Positions 54,301 through 61,126 of a DNA stretch of 64,000 nt are shown in pieces. Position 1 is the first letter of the stretch. Every line of letters starts with the position of its first letter. A program made the position numbers and the translations under genes. The notes beneath the pieces are model-generated. The model was given only the letters and a program-made list of their open reading frames with translations, did no database searches and had not been told where the DNA came from. The stretch is taken from positions 50,096,001 through 50,160,000 of the forward strand of contig OZ287751.1 in assembly GCA_965649765.1 (NCBI GenBank), written 5' to 3'. The DNA comes from Bispira polyomma (taxonomy: Eukaryota).

Positions 54301-57300
54301 TTTATGGCAATAAAAAAGTATTTTAAATAGAGTCTTCAAACAAGTCAGAGAAATAATTGGAACACACTTGCCCCTCAACTGTTCAAACAGTACAGTCCCT
54401 TTCTATAAGCATGAAAATGAAATGGTACAAATATACGACAAAAAATCTAAATATTTCTACACAAACATAATAGAACAAAAAATTGAAAAACCTTATCAAG
54501 AAAGTTTTTGGAAAAATTCCTTTGTAAATCAAGAAATAAATTTCAATATTATTTACAGGGTAAAAGTAAAAGAGGTAAAAGACTTAAAATTGGCAGAATT
54601 TAATTACAAAGTACTGCATTGCATTTTACCCTGCCTTGATAACCTAGTAAAATGGAAACTTTTAAACTCTAATATATGCCCATTTTGCAATATAAAGCAT
54701 GATATAATACACTTATTATTTTCCTGTGTAAAAGCTAAAACAATATGGCAATACGTTGAAAAATCCTTCAACACAAAAATAGAATTGTACCAAATTGTTG
54801 GTAATACTGGTATTAATGCACAGTTTGATTTGTTTGTCTCTTTTCTGTCATTCTGTATATATAAAGAATGGTTATGTCACTACAATGATCTAAATCAGTG
54901 GCGCAATATTAATGTATTAAGATATGTGAAATGTAATACAGAACTACAAATAGAAATTTATAAAATGTTAGGTAAAACGTATGCTGAAACTGTCAAATAT
55001 ATGAGAAAGTTTATGATATAATTTATTAAATATATGTATATTTGTGTGTTTATTTATATATATATACCATGTAATTATATCTTTGACAAGATAATATTAT
55101 GAACTGTTGGATATACTGAAAAATTTGTACTCAATAAATATTAATAAAATTACATTTATAAGAACCAGATGATGACACATTGTAGTCCACCAAACATTCA
55201 GGTGTCTGTGCCTTCTAAAATCTTCTGTGTGAGACTGATTGGCATGTTAGTGTTCTGTGAAATTTTATTTGTAAATTTAGATTGTTACTGTTAATGCATG
55301 CTTTATATTGATTGTATATTAGAGTCTGGATCACGTGACCTTTTTATGTACACGTCCGTTGCTGCATATTAGAAGGTACGTGACTACTGGTTTTTCTGAT
55401 GGGTGAAAAAAAAAAAAAAAAATTGTCATTTTGTTGAGTGCAAATTAGACTGACATCACATATTGTTTGAACTTTATATTCGAAAGTATTTGAACTTTGT
55501 TAATTGTGTGCAAATATGGCGCCAAAAATTAAATTAAGGTTCATACTTATTAAATGTTGTTTGGATTAAACACCAACATGAAACATATAGTTGTGATCCA
55601 TACTCCTATGATTGTAATTATGCCTGTTTCTATGGTAATACAGTCAAGAATTGTAACTTAAATGTAAATACTACATGACTGATCAAGGGATTTTCAGATT
55701 TCACTGGTAAAATTACCCGCTATTGTGGCATGTGAAATGAAAATGAGACTGGTGACCCCTATTTTTTCATTATGATTTATTAATACATACATCATAGCAT
55801 ATGTAGAAAAAAAAATAAACAAAATCTGCGGATGGAAATTTTTTATTGTACATTTTATCCTTAATAATGGTCTTAAAAGCTCTATTTCCCTGTATTTTCA
55901 ATATGGAAGTGGGATTGGAACATATCATTTTGATGCTCATGTAATTTGAAAAATAGTGTAGTGACATGTACTTTTTTTTGAATTTTTGGTCTATCCATTA
56001 TATTATCTCTTATGTCTGAAAAATTTTTGAAAATCTGTGGGACACAAAAAATGGTAGCGTACTACCTTAAGTAGGACAAAAATTGTATGTCTACAAAATC
56101 GACCTGTTTAAGAAGAGGCATTGCTCCAGGTCTTTTGAAGCAGGACTTAAAGGAGTTCACCTCTATATATATTCATTTGTAAACTAAATCATGGGTTATA
56201 AGGTGTAATGAAATAAACATATTCATACCATAGTTTACAATATTCTAATTTTACTCTTAATGTAATCATTCCAAAACAAAATTAATCAAATATAAAAGAA
56301 GTCAGAAAACTAAATATTATTTGATATGATTACAAAGTTCCCTTGCTAGAACCCCACTTACAGTCTATGGTGTGGAGTGCATGGGATACTACATATCTTG
56401 GAGAGGAGTTCCTTTTAGTGTTTAGTACAGTAAAATCTCTATTATCTGACCTTTTATTATCCAAATATTCAACTTTATGAACTTATTTCCACTCTCCCAA
56501 ATTTACTTTTTCCTATCGTCTTTGCACAGAAACGATAATAGAGGTTGTACTCTACCACATACCTTAGAGAGCAGCTCCTTTTGGTGTTTAGACATGGACT
56601 CGTTATCAATCCTACATTGCTGAATCATCTCTTCCTTGGCTGACAGCTGGTGGTCAAAAAACACATCATTAACATTTTATTATCACTTACCGCTGGTCAC
56701 ACTAAGTCACTCAACAAATAAGTTATAGCCAAGGCGCTTCTGAACAGAGAACTTCCTGAAACAAAGAGTTTACAAATAACTAAGTTTAAATGTCTATTTA
56801 GCGACAAATATAATTGAAAGTAAAAAATATTTAAACTAGTAGTCCATAAGAGGACAGCCAAAAATTGGAACTACATGCCATGAGATTATTCAAATCAATA
56901 CGAAATACCATCCATAGCAAGTGATCTTACCTTTGACTGTAAGTTTTCACCAGTAGCATTAGAATTTGAGAGTTCAATGTTGAGCTCTCGTATCTGCTCC
57001 TCTTGCTTTGAGATGTGGTCCCCATATTCGGAGTGTTTGTGGCGTAGATCAGACAGCTGTGACTCCAGTGAAACCACCGTCTCCTTCTTGATTGACAGCT
57101 GTACAAAAAGATGGACATTATGTTTGATGTACCAACCAGGCTTCATGTAATATCAAGTTTCATGTATTCCCTCCTATTGTGTCCTATTCCTAGAGGCAGG
57201 CTAAAGAGCTTTGGGGATGTTGACAAATGGTTATCCTTAATCCTCTCTCTTCAGTTAGAACAACATATCCTGGTGCTGTGGTTGGCTGTATCTTGGGTAA

Positions 57301-59901
57301 ATTAGCTCTGATACCAGATAAAAGAAGATAACTGTGCCGAGTATAACTTTTGATTCAAAACAATGCTTGTTTAACCATTCTCCTACAAATTACTTTATGT
57401 TCGTAAACATTCAAACTGTCAAAACTTTTTCTATGTGTGAGAGAAAAAAAAGAAGAGTAAATCACATTTCTATGCTCTTTTCCCACAAGTATATACAGTA
57501 GACTCTCTATAAACAGAACCAGTAGATGTTGAATTTCTCTATAACTAGAGCCAATTGTCTGGTCCCAACATTCAAAATCCCTAATTTTAAATTAGTTATA
57601 AGTAGAAGTTAGCCACATCTAGAACCCAATCCTGTGGATACAAATCCTGTGGATATTGAACATTCGACTTACACATAATCAACTGTAATCATAACATGTC
57701 TATATCTTCCCCCACGCCTCTGACAAAAGTACTGCTCCAGTTGTTATTAAGAGAGACCTGCTCTAACTCCAACTGGGGTAAGTTTAATACAGAAGTAGTC
57801 AACTTTCTAACAAGCTTTTGACAAGCTTTGTAGCCACCCTAGAAGCCAATAGGAATTTGTTTACAAAAAGATAGGTAAGCTGTCTTTTGTTGATTCTAAA
57901 GAAAGGCAATTCTCCTCGTGGTTAGGTTTTTGATCGTTGACTAATGTAATACACGACAAAACCCTGGTCTTTTGTTCATCACTTAAACTAAAACAGGTAA
58001 ACATGTAGCACACAATGAATACAGAAGACCGTCCCCAATCAAACCTGCACACCCTCCAAATACCTCTGATTTCACTGTCCTGTTCTCAGCCTCTGTTTGT
58101 GTCAGACTTCTCTCTAGCTGGGCCATCTTTTCATCCTTGACACTGATTTGTTCCTGGAAGTCCATGTTCTGTAATTTCAGCTTCTGCATGGCTTCTTCCC
58201 TTCTCCGTACCTAACATATACAATTAGAGGAAAATGTACATACTGGAAAATCGAGTAAAAAAAGTTTACGCAATCATGCATACTATTGTGTCGCACATGA
58301 TACTGTCCCAATACGGGTTGACTACAAAGATACAACTAATTTATTTTTTATTAACAGCAAATTTTAATGCAAGTTTTTTTTTTTAAATGAATCAATCCCA
58401 TACATGGAATACTTAAAACAAAAAACATGTCTTCGATAACTGCCTTTTTTTAATCAAAATGCACACATTTCAAAAACGCCATAAAAAGGTCAAATGGTAC
58501 ACCAAATATAGTCCACATGCATGTAGAAAGTGTAGTACAAATGAAAGGCCTATCTGTTTATAGCTGATCTCCACACAAGTGCCTACACATGACCTCTCCA
58601 AGAACCATCTATTTCTACCTGATCTTTGCACACGTTTAAGTTCCTCACCTCTCCAGACAGAATGTCCTGTTCACTCTGGGCATTGATCACATAGGACTGA
58701 ATCTTGGCCTCTAATCGCCCATTCTCCTCCACTGCTTCCCTGTACTGCTTACGGGCAGTGGCAACGTCGGCCTCAAACTGCTGCAAGGTGATGTCACGTC
58801 TCTGTAGGTCATCCAAGGTCAGTCTTTGCTCCTCCTAAAATAAAACCCTAACAGCTTTTAAGCTCAGTACAAGAAACTACTAGAATTTACTGGAAAGGAT
58901 GTGGCCATATTAAAAGTAGTTCTTTCGACTATCACATCATTAGGATTTAGTGTTTTTCTTAAGGTTTAGCGTTATGTATTCATTTTGCAAATCTAACATG
59001 ACCGTGCCATGTCTAGTCAATTCTAGAATCATTCTAAAACTAGTACAGACTTTATAATTATCAAAACATGCTTCGTGCTATCTCACCTTGGCATTGTCCA
59101 GTTCATACTTCAGCTTGTGGACATACTTTTCTTTCTCTTCAGACTTGATCCTTGCTTCCCTGAGTTGTTCTTGCAGACTGTCTACTGTGTCATCTCTGCT
59201 CATCATCTGCAAAGTAAACGTTAAATTAAGAAACACCAACAAACTGTTTTGGGGAGTTCGGAAAACAAATCAGAGTTCAGACATTGTTTGTACCTGGTCT
59301 TAACATCAGCGACACCAAAAATTTATACACCAGTGGTCGGATTCTACAAAAGTGTCAAGCTAAACTCCTGCTCAATACTCAAGTACTCCATATCTCTGGC
59401 TAGAGTGGAGAATACTTATTGTACTACATCCTACCCCTGTACTCACCTGGTCCTGACTTTGGGCCGCCTTTTCATCAAATATCCTCACACTTGGTCCTGT
59501 ACACACCTATACCTCCACTCACCTGGTCCTGTACCTGTACACACCTGGTCCTGTACCTGTACACACCTGGTCCTGTACCTGTACACACCTGTTCACACCT
59601 GGTCCTGTACCTGTACAAACCTGGTACTGACCCTGTACACACCTATCCCTTCACTCACCTGGTCCTGACTCTGGGCCAGCCTCTCCTCCAGTATCCTCAC
59701 ATCAGCCACCAGTTTCGCCAGGTGTTCCTCCCGGTCTGCTAGGTCTCCTCTATGAGCCATGTCTACCTGGCTAGCGGTCAGATGCATTTCCTGGATCTGT
59801 GTCCGCAGGCGGTCCACATCTTTGGTAGAACTGCTACAGCTGCTCTGTAAGCTGGATATTTCCTTCTCATACATGCTCATCTTGTTATGGAACTCTTCAG
59901 T
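3197..59901 (-). CDS. PMFBP1: Multi-exon long coiled-coil protein gene, PMFBP1/CCDC18-like; 32 exons in window, at least 1703 aa, 5' end outside window
   Basis: 32 exons bounded by AG/GT (one GC donor) splice in a continuous frame to TAG at 3197-3199. The product is Q/E/K/L-rich heptad coiled coil. The segment VVQNVNTWVREQKQANEKLGNKIREQSKAIVQLSQEKDHLQEEV resembles, from memory, the PMFBP1 C-terminal motif ([23 protein letters not shown]...LSGEKDHL). Gene structure is solid; the symbol needs BLAST or phylogeny. Confidence 0.7.
3375..3510 (-). mobile_element. Degenerate tRNA-derived SINE fragment
   Basis: Shares blocks (ggggaaaac, aaccacc, aagtacctgacaaa, ggattc) with the SINE at 42828-43065. 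Confidence 0.5.
3576..3802. mobile_element. Old pogo/Tc1-like MITE
   Basis: Imperfect terminal inverted repeats tacaatacaaacctct ... agaggtttaactgta with TA ends. Confidence 0.4.
3815..3990 (-). mobile_element. tRNA-derived SINE copy (degenerate)
   Basis: Aligns by eye to 42874-43064 (ggtcatatca, gccaggattagtg, gaaggaatctgtg, ttaaagcaga, ccactaggccac). Confidence 0.7.
4225..4305 (-). CDS. Exon 31 (27 aa, ITKGLEE...WISRVGE)
   Basis: ATTTACAG acceptor, GTACAT donor, phase 0/0. Confidence 0.85.
4657..5130. repeat. Minisatellite, 47-bp unit x10, essentially identical copies
   Basis: caaagtacatagaggcatgatacagcaagcaattggaacataggtaa repeated. Confidence 0.97.
5630..5779 (-). CDS. Exon 30 (50 aa, AESKEQL...NKDTGL)
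   Basis: CACTCAG acceptor, GTAAGG donor, phase 0/0. Confidence 0.85.
5880..7361. repeat. Minisatellite, 76-bp unit x about 19, containing the 3' end and donor of exon 29
   Basis: tatgctatggtcagtgactggtcagtatacacacctgtagttggtaggtctgtctctgtacaaaacttacactctt; the last unit overlaps the exon. Confidence 0.95.
7341..7527 (-). CDS. Exon 29 (187 nt, NDQDQEI...QTYQLQ)
   Basis: TGTGTTCAG acceptor, GTGTGT donor, phase 2/0. Confidence 0.88.
8001..8165 (-). CDS. Exon 28 (165 nt, HLQEEVE...NRLEEH)
   Basis: TGTGTCTAG acceptor, GTAGGT donor, phase 2/2. Confidence 0.88.
8675..8749 (-). CDS. Exon 27 (75 nt, QANEKLGNKIREQSKAIVQLSQEK)
   Basis: TTATTCTAG acceptor, GTAAGT donor, phase 2/2; carries the PMFBP1-like ANEKLGN motif. 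Confidence 0.88.
11076..11248 (-). CDS. Exon 26 (173 nt, RDHMFVE...TWVREQK)
   Basis: TGTTTCCAG acceptor, GTAAGT donor, phase 0/2. Confidence 0.9.
11580..12150. repeat. Minisatellite, 105-bp unit x about 5.4, containing the 3' end and donor of exon 25
   Basis: ttaccccata recurs at 11641, 11746, 11851, 11956 and 12061. Confidence 0.95.
12114..12281 (-). CDS. Exon 25 (56 aa, INSSDQR...KAKADE)
   Basis: CTAACAG acceptor, GTGAGG donor, phase 0/0. Confidence 0.88.
12777..13170. repeat. Minisatellite, 52-bp unit x about 7.5, containing the 3' end and donor of exon 24
   Basis: tactcacctcctgagcctgctgcctgtgtagatcctgtgttgaggtaccctg repeated. Confidence 0.95.
13140..13349 (-). CDS. Exon 24 (70 aa, LTSLQTN...RQQAQE)
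   Basis: ATTGTCCAG acceptor, GTGAGT donor, phase 0/0. Confidence 0.9.
13827..13952 (-). CDS. Exon 23 (42 aa, IAKYEET...TDLKAQ)
   Basis: TTTTCAG acceptor, GTAGGT donor, phase 0/0. Confidence 0.9.
14371..15062. repeat. Minisatellite, 90-bp unit x about 7.7, containing the 3' end and donor of exon 22
   Basis: catccttactgtacc at 14372, 14461, 14551, 14641, 14731, 14911 and 15001 (variant at 14821). Confidence 0.95.
15048..15215 (-). CDS. Exon 22 (56 aa, IRERDNR...QHHIQE)
   Basis: TTTGTAG acceptor, GTAGGG donor, phase 0/0. Confidence 0.88.
15992..16159 (-). CDS. Exon 21 (56 aa, VDQQDHI...RDANHS)
   Basis: TGTTCCAG acceptor, GTAAGG donor, phase 0/0. Confidence 0.9.
16900..17042 (-). CDS. Exon 20 (143 nt, EKLRRDL...KLLTDQ)
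   Basis: ATTGTAG acceptor, GTAGAG donor, phase 1/0, which completes the split codon from exon 19. Confidence 0.88.
17206..17898 (-). mobile_element. L2/CR1-group LINE, 3' fragment
   Basis: C-terminal motifs SRLDYCNSL, LQCIQNSAAR, LHWLPV, WNALP, FRKQLKTHL; 3' tail ends in (ATTACA)n. Confidence 0.9.
18340..18532 (-). CDS. Exon 19 (193 nt, LAHHEEK...DQKDSI)
   Basis: TTTTGACAG acceptor, GTAAGT donor, phase 0/1. Confidence 0.88.
18526..18997. repeat. Minisatellite, 40-bp unit x about 12, containing the acceptor and first 7 nt of exon 19
   Basis: gggcaagctgtcaaaacacaccaaactgggtcaatgaraa repeated. Confidence 0.95.
20180..21440 (-). mobile_element. Highly degenerate L2/CR1-group LINE RT remnant
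   Basis: ITNIMNFSL..ILPSCFKTA..LKK..YKPVSNLSFVS, plus NLGV and ANPLVSSPLDYCN remnants in broken frames. Confidence 0.75.
22962..23150. repeat. 29-bp tandem repeat x about 4.5, decaying into variant units
   Basis: atatttcaccttgatctcaagtcattgtc repeated. Confidence 0.9.
23272..23403 (-). CDS. Exon 18 (44 aa, LEVSSLQ...KEAAQE)
   Basis: GATTTCAG acceptor, GTAGTC donor, phase 0/0. Confidence 0.85.
23780..24058 (-). CDS. Exon 17 (93 aa, ISRLEGT...NLKDLK)
   Basis: TTTTGCACAG acceptor, GTAGGT donor, phase 0/0. Confidence 0.9.
24386..24553 (-). CDS. Exon 16 (56 aa, FRDQEEC...STCEKE)
   Basis: CCACCAG acceptor, GTACGT donor, phase 0/0. Confidence 0.88.
24556..24790. repeat. Degenerate repeat of about 68 bp (2-3 copies) abutting the acceptor of exon 16
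   Basis: tggttgtaaaaggcacagtagtaagrcattgttaraacatgtatgatatacag at about 24558 and 24626, with weaker copies beyond. Confidence 0.8.
25609..25692 (-). CDS. Exon 15 (28 aa, VISYEDQ...SHTNKE)
   Basis: CATTGTAG acceptor, GTTAGT donor, phase 0/0. Confidence 0.8.
26346..26576 (-). CDS. Exon 14 (77 aa, EAERVDE...ELLQQE), GC donor
   Basis: TGTGTAG acceptor, GAG|GCGAGT non-canonical GC donor, phase 0/0. Confidence 0.82.
26878..27108 (-). CDS. Exon 13 (77 aa, VNKRGDE...DSKVK)
   Basis: CTCTAG acceptor, GTGAGC donor, phase 0/0. Confidence 0.9.
27114..27310. repeat. 32-bp tandem repeat x3 plus one detached copy, abutting the acceptor of exon 13
   Basis: agacagatgggagattacagtactaacacaat repeated. Confidence 0.85.
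27343..27457 (-). repeat. 115-bp dispersed copy of 28478-28592 (3' end of exon 11, donor and intron start)
   Basis: Near-identical to 28478-28592 (three mismatches by eye). Confidence 0.93.
27533..27664 (-). CDS. Exon 12 (44 aa, DDLEVTK...EDAVAE)
   Basis: ACTTTAG acceptor, GTAAGT donor, phase 0/0. Confidence 0.88.
28551..28676 (-). CDS. Exon 11 (42 aa, VALQEIR...DIQILK)
   Basis: TTTATAG acceptor, GTAAAT donor, phase 0/0. Confidence 0.88.
30117..30353 (-). CDS. Exon 10 (79 aa, VNNRDQV...QTHEYQ)
   Basis: TTTCTCAG acceptor, GTGAGG donor, phase 0/0. Confidence 0.9.
30696..30863 (-). CDS. Exon 9 (56 aa, VMKYEDQ...RTCQKE)
   Basis: CTGTTACAG acceptor, GTAATG donor, phase 0/0. Confidence 0.9.
33828..34191 (-). 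CDS. Candidate alternative exon (non-coiled-coil, S/N/D-rich) of the coiled-coil gene
   Basis: 149-aa ORF with TTCTCCTAG acceptor (phase 2) and a perfect GTAAGT donor in phase 0, compatible with exon 9. Confidence 0.4.
37450..38602. repeat. Minisatellite, 29-bp unit x about 39
   Basis: tgcctgtatattataagattagtctcact with aag/aac/ttt variants. Confidence 0.97.
39853..39936 (-). CDS. Exon 8 (28 aa, ISHKDDK...ASVYDE)
   Basis: TTGTTGTAG acceptor, GTAATG donor, phase 0/0. Confidence 0.85.
42828..43065 (-). mobile_element. Full-length tRNA-derived SINE with a 12-bp target-site duplication
   Basis: Minus strand begins GGGGCCGTGGTGGCCTAGTGGTTA (A box), has a degenerate B box (GAACGAATCCC) and an A-rich tail; flanked by gttgaacgtcaa (42816-42827) and gttcaacgtcaa (43066-43077). 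Confidence 0.85.
45958..46137 (-). CDS. Exon 7 (60 aa, LAARDDV...RKADQD)
   Basis: GTTAAAG acceptor (weak AAG), GTAAGT donor, phase 0/0. Confidence 0.85.
46463..48404 (+). pseudogene. LINE ORF2 reverse transcriptase part (premature TGA at 46692, frameshift near 47830)
   Basis: ORFs 46458-46694, 46740-47867 and 47953-48423. Confidence 0.9.
48683..48783. repeat. DIRS internal complementary region (ICR)
   Basis: First half is the reverse complement of the left terminus (from 48405); second half is the reverse complement of the right terminus (to 54315). Confidence 0.92.
49620..50650 (-). pseudogene. DIRS tyrosine recombinase, several frameshifts
   Basis: TIAGYRTAI, PSWDL, LMALASGKRRGEIHA, LCPVRSL, HDLR, FWKSHNTFTSFYL. 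Confidence 0.88.
50566..51132 (-). pseudogene. DIRS methyltransferase-like domain (frameshifted from the RT-RH ORF)
   Basis: NVIADSLS, VDLFAT..N.KLP, VDAL..SW, YAFCP, APGWPGMTWF. Confidence 0.8.
51148..52785 (-). CDS. DIRS reverse transcriptase-RNase H
   Basis: FYSRLFLVPK, WRPVIDL, IDLTDAYFHIPI, LPFGIATAP, YIDD, FTDAS..GWGAH, HINLLEL, SDN. Confidence 0.93.
   Translation of the reverse strand: MRRSRLKPEISNLLQKDPGVLILSQHTTSRLTRPLITVRILPSSPTRIGRRGVVPTSRSPPVTRARPTAHVVGEAVGGERDNQRSGGGRLADYWQVWKKLKCHPRVVQILRYGYQILPKIRVSLTRHPSILSGYKDDEKQAFLKECVAQMLEKQAICKVKHSTTLGFYSRLFLVPKPLKKWRPVIDLSVLNRNLHVTTFKMETAEVILSSLRKGEWVTSIDLTDAYFHIPIHPNSQKFLRFNVDHQSYQFQALPFGIATAPLEFTQVVKETKLVLQAQGIRIHQYIDDWLIRFPSLEKSRIQIPKMVSVVQQMGWLIDFNKSELQPTQVIDFLGYHFDLKAGLVAPTEKKWSKLLLLVQKVKNSKVITPRMLMSLIGMMASMKKTVPFGRVHMRPCQWYLKSHWKYPQSLDIQIPVSVQLRNHLQWWEDPLNVMVGEDLHPREHNLLLFTDASNIGWGAHLGDLTASGHWSSLERGLHINLLELKAVYLALKTFQNQVSQQRVLIASDNSSVVSYLNKQGGTRSLEMCLMVWRILAFCNPRKIRV
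52822..54087 (-). pseudogene. DIRS gag-like ORF1 with N-terminal Cys/His cluster, broken by stops and a frameshift
   Basis: In-frame ORFs 53554-54087, 53167-53550 and 52822-53157 separated by TAA; CGH...HCLPC...C...CFIC; LARRDSIL motif. Confidence 0.82.
54316..55021 (+). pseudogene. LINE ORF2 C-terminal part with CCHC-type zinc finger (zf-RVT-like)
   Basis: Continues the frame of 47953-48404 once the DIRS is removed (FQEI-SILNRVFKQ). Confidence 0.88.
56426..56554. mobile_element. Small pogo/Tc1-like MITE
   Basis: TIRs cagtaaaatctctattatc / gataatagaggttgtactc (16 of 19 match), flanked by TA. Confidence 0.55.
56563..56646 (-). CDS. Exon 6 (28 aa, LSAKEEM...KELLSK)
   Basis: CCACCAG acceptor, GTATGT donor, phase 0/0. 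Confidence 0.85.
56931..57098 (-). CDS. Exon 5 (56 aa, LSIKKET...ENLQSK)
   Basis: TTTGTACAG acceptor, GTAAGA donor, phase 0/0. Confidence 0.9.
58064..58210 (-). CDS. Exon 4 (49 aa, VRRREEA...RTVKSE)
   Basis: TGTTAG acceptor, GTATTT donor, phase 0/0. Confidence 0.88.
58649..58834 (-). CDS. Exon 3 (62 aa, EEQRLTL...DILSGE)
   Basis: TTTTAG acceptor, GTGAGG donor, phase 0/0. Confidence 0.9.
59087..59206 (-). CDS. Exon 2 (40 aa, MMSRDDT...ELDNAK)
   Basis: TTTGCAG acceptor, GTGAGA donor, phase 0/0. Confidence 0.9.
59440..59668. repeat. Degenerate repeats (about 22 bp plus one 48-bp copy) of the 3' end and donor of exon 1
   Basis: cacacctggtcctgtacctgta units; 59441-59488 copies 59653-59700. Confidence 0.85.
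59659..59901 (-). CDS. Coiled-coil gene exon 1 in window (81 aa, TEEFHNK...AQSQDQ)
   Basis: TTCTTCAG acceptor, GTGAGT donor, phase 0/0. Confidence 0.9.
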
Positions 59902-60418
59902 CTGAAGAAAGACAACACAGAGAATAAATCTAACTGCAAAGAAACAAATATCGCACCAAAAACATTCTAGAATCAGAACTGATTTCTGATCGGCAAACTT
60001 TAAAAAGGTTCTCAAATTAATGATGATACTTTAAATCTGTCTCATCCGAGGCATGTCTAACAAAGAAACATAATTTTATTATAATTGTATGTCTGCACTA
60101 ATTTAGACACATTTACAGCCTATGAAGTAGAAACTGCAGGCTTTAAATTCTCAATAGTTATGGGAATTGGTCTATTTGATTATTATTATTTGACCAATCT
60201 TGGCTTCGAATCTATTATTTTACACATAAATTTTGTGTTAATGAATTCACATGCAAATGAGGTTTATTTCTGGGCACTTAAGTACATTTGTACCATTGGG
60301 TAAAATGTGAACATGAGTCGCAACAAATATTGAATTAGATATCCTTAATATCAATGGATTTTGTAAAGAAAATATAAAATTTTTGTGTACTTTTAGTATT
60401 GGTTATTATTCAATAGTG

Positions 60419-61126
60419 ATGGAAAGCATAAAGCAGCAGTTGTCAGAAGACCTTGATAAGTGTAAAAAGGATATTGTACATAGCTTAGAAAAATAAGCTA
60501 AACAGTACACAGACAAAATAGAATCACTTCATATGCAATTGAAGAATGTTGAAAGCTCACAGAGGGTCAAGCCCAGGAATTAGATGAACTCAAATGTGAA
60601 AACCAGTCGTTGATGAAAAAATGTCAGTTACAAGGTCATTGCCAAAAATGAGAAGGATATAGAATATTTAAAAGAAGATGTCCTTCAAATTCAAGCCAGA
60701 TCAATGAAAGACAATCTTGTGTTTTATAACATTAAAGAAGAGTCCAGAGAAACAAATGAAGTAACCAAAGAACTGCTAATTAGCTTTATGAGAGATGAGC
60801 TGAAAATACCAACACAGCATATACCATCTATTACTTTTGACTGAGTTCATAGATTGGGGAAAAAGATGCAACACAAGTTAAGACCAATTGTAGCAAAATT
60901 CAATCCCTACAGAGGAAAGGAACTTATTCTACAGCATGTTAAGAACTTGGATAGAACAAAACGCTTTGGAGTCAGCAAACAACTTCCAAATGAGATGCAG
61001 AGTCGCAAGCAGAAACTCATGCCTGTATTTCGTGATGCCAAACAGAAACCGCAGAAGACAAGATGGTTTATGGATAAATTGCTTGTAAATGACCATATGA
61101 TAGAGCCCATAAAGGATAAAGTTTAG
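60419..61126 (+). pseudogene. LINE ORF1 (coiled coil, RRM and CTD of L1 Transposase_22 type), with stops and frameshifts
   Basis: ATG at 60419; QIQARSMKDNLVFYNIKEE, ITFD*VHRLG, RPIVAKF, FGVSKQLP.E...RKQKL, DKLLVN. Confidence 0.82.

Larger units (their letters stand above)
48405..54315 (-). mobile_element. DIRS1-type tyrosine-recombinase retrotransposon (5911 bp), structurally complete, coding regions decayed
   Basis: Inverted terminal repeats (about 48445-48632 vs 54187-54296), internal complementary region, gag, RT-RNase H, methyltransferase-like and YR domains; no TSD. Confidence 0.95.
46463..55415 (+). mobile_element. 5'-truncated L1/Tx1-type LINE (ORF2 RT and zinc finger), interrupted by a DIRS element
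   Basis: Motifs YFLNLEK, KSPGSDG, NYRSISL, LDFERAFDSV, GIRQGCPIS, QYADD, GGLKMID and C-terminal CPFC-x7-H-x4-C; poly(A) at about 55406-55422; TSD aaaaaaattgtc at 46451-46462 and 55416-55427. Confidence 0.93.

Noticed and set aside
55765-56070. Possible Kolobok-like non-autonomous DNA element ending gcgtactaccttaa
   Set aside because: Only one terminus is recognisable, so boundaries cannot be supported without a repeat library.
10932-59303. Ser-rich plus-strand ORFs overlapping exons (for example 12076-12288, 13177-13392, 24372-24566, 30730-30957, 59088-59303)
   Set aside because: They are antisense shadows of Glu/Gln/Lys-rich coding exons.
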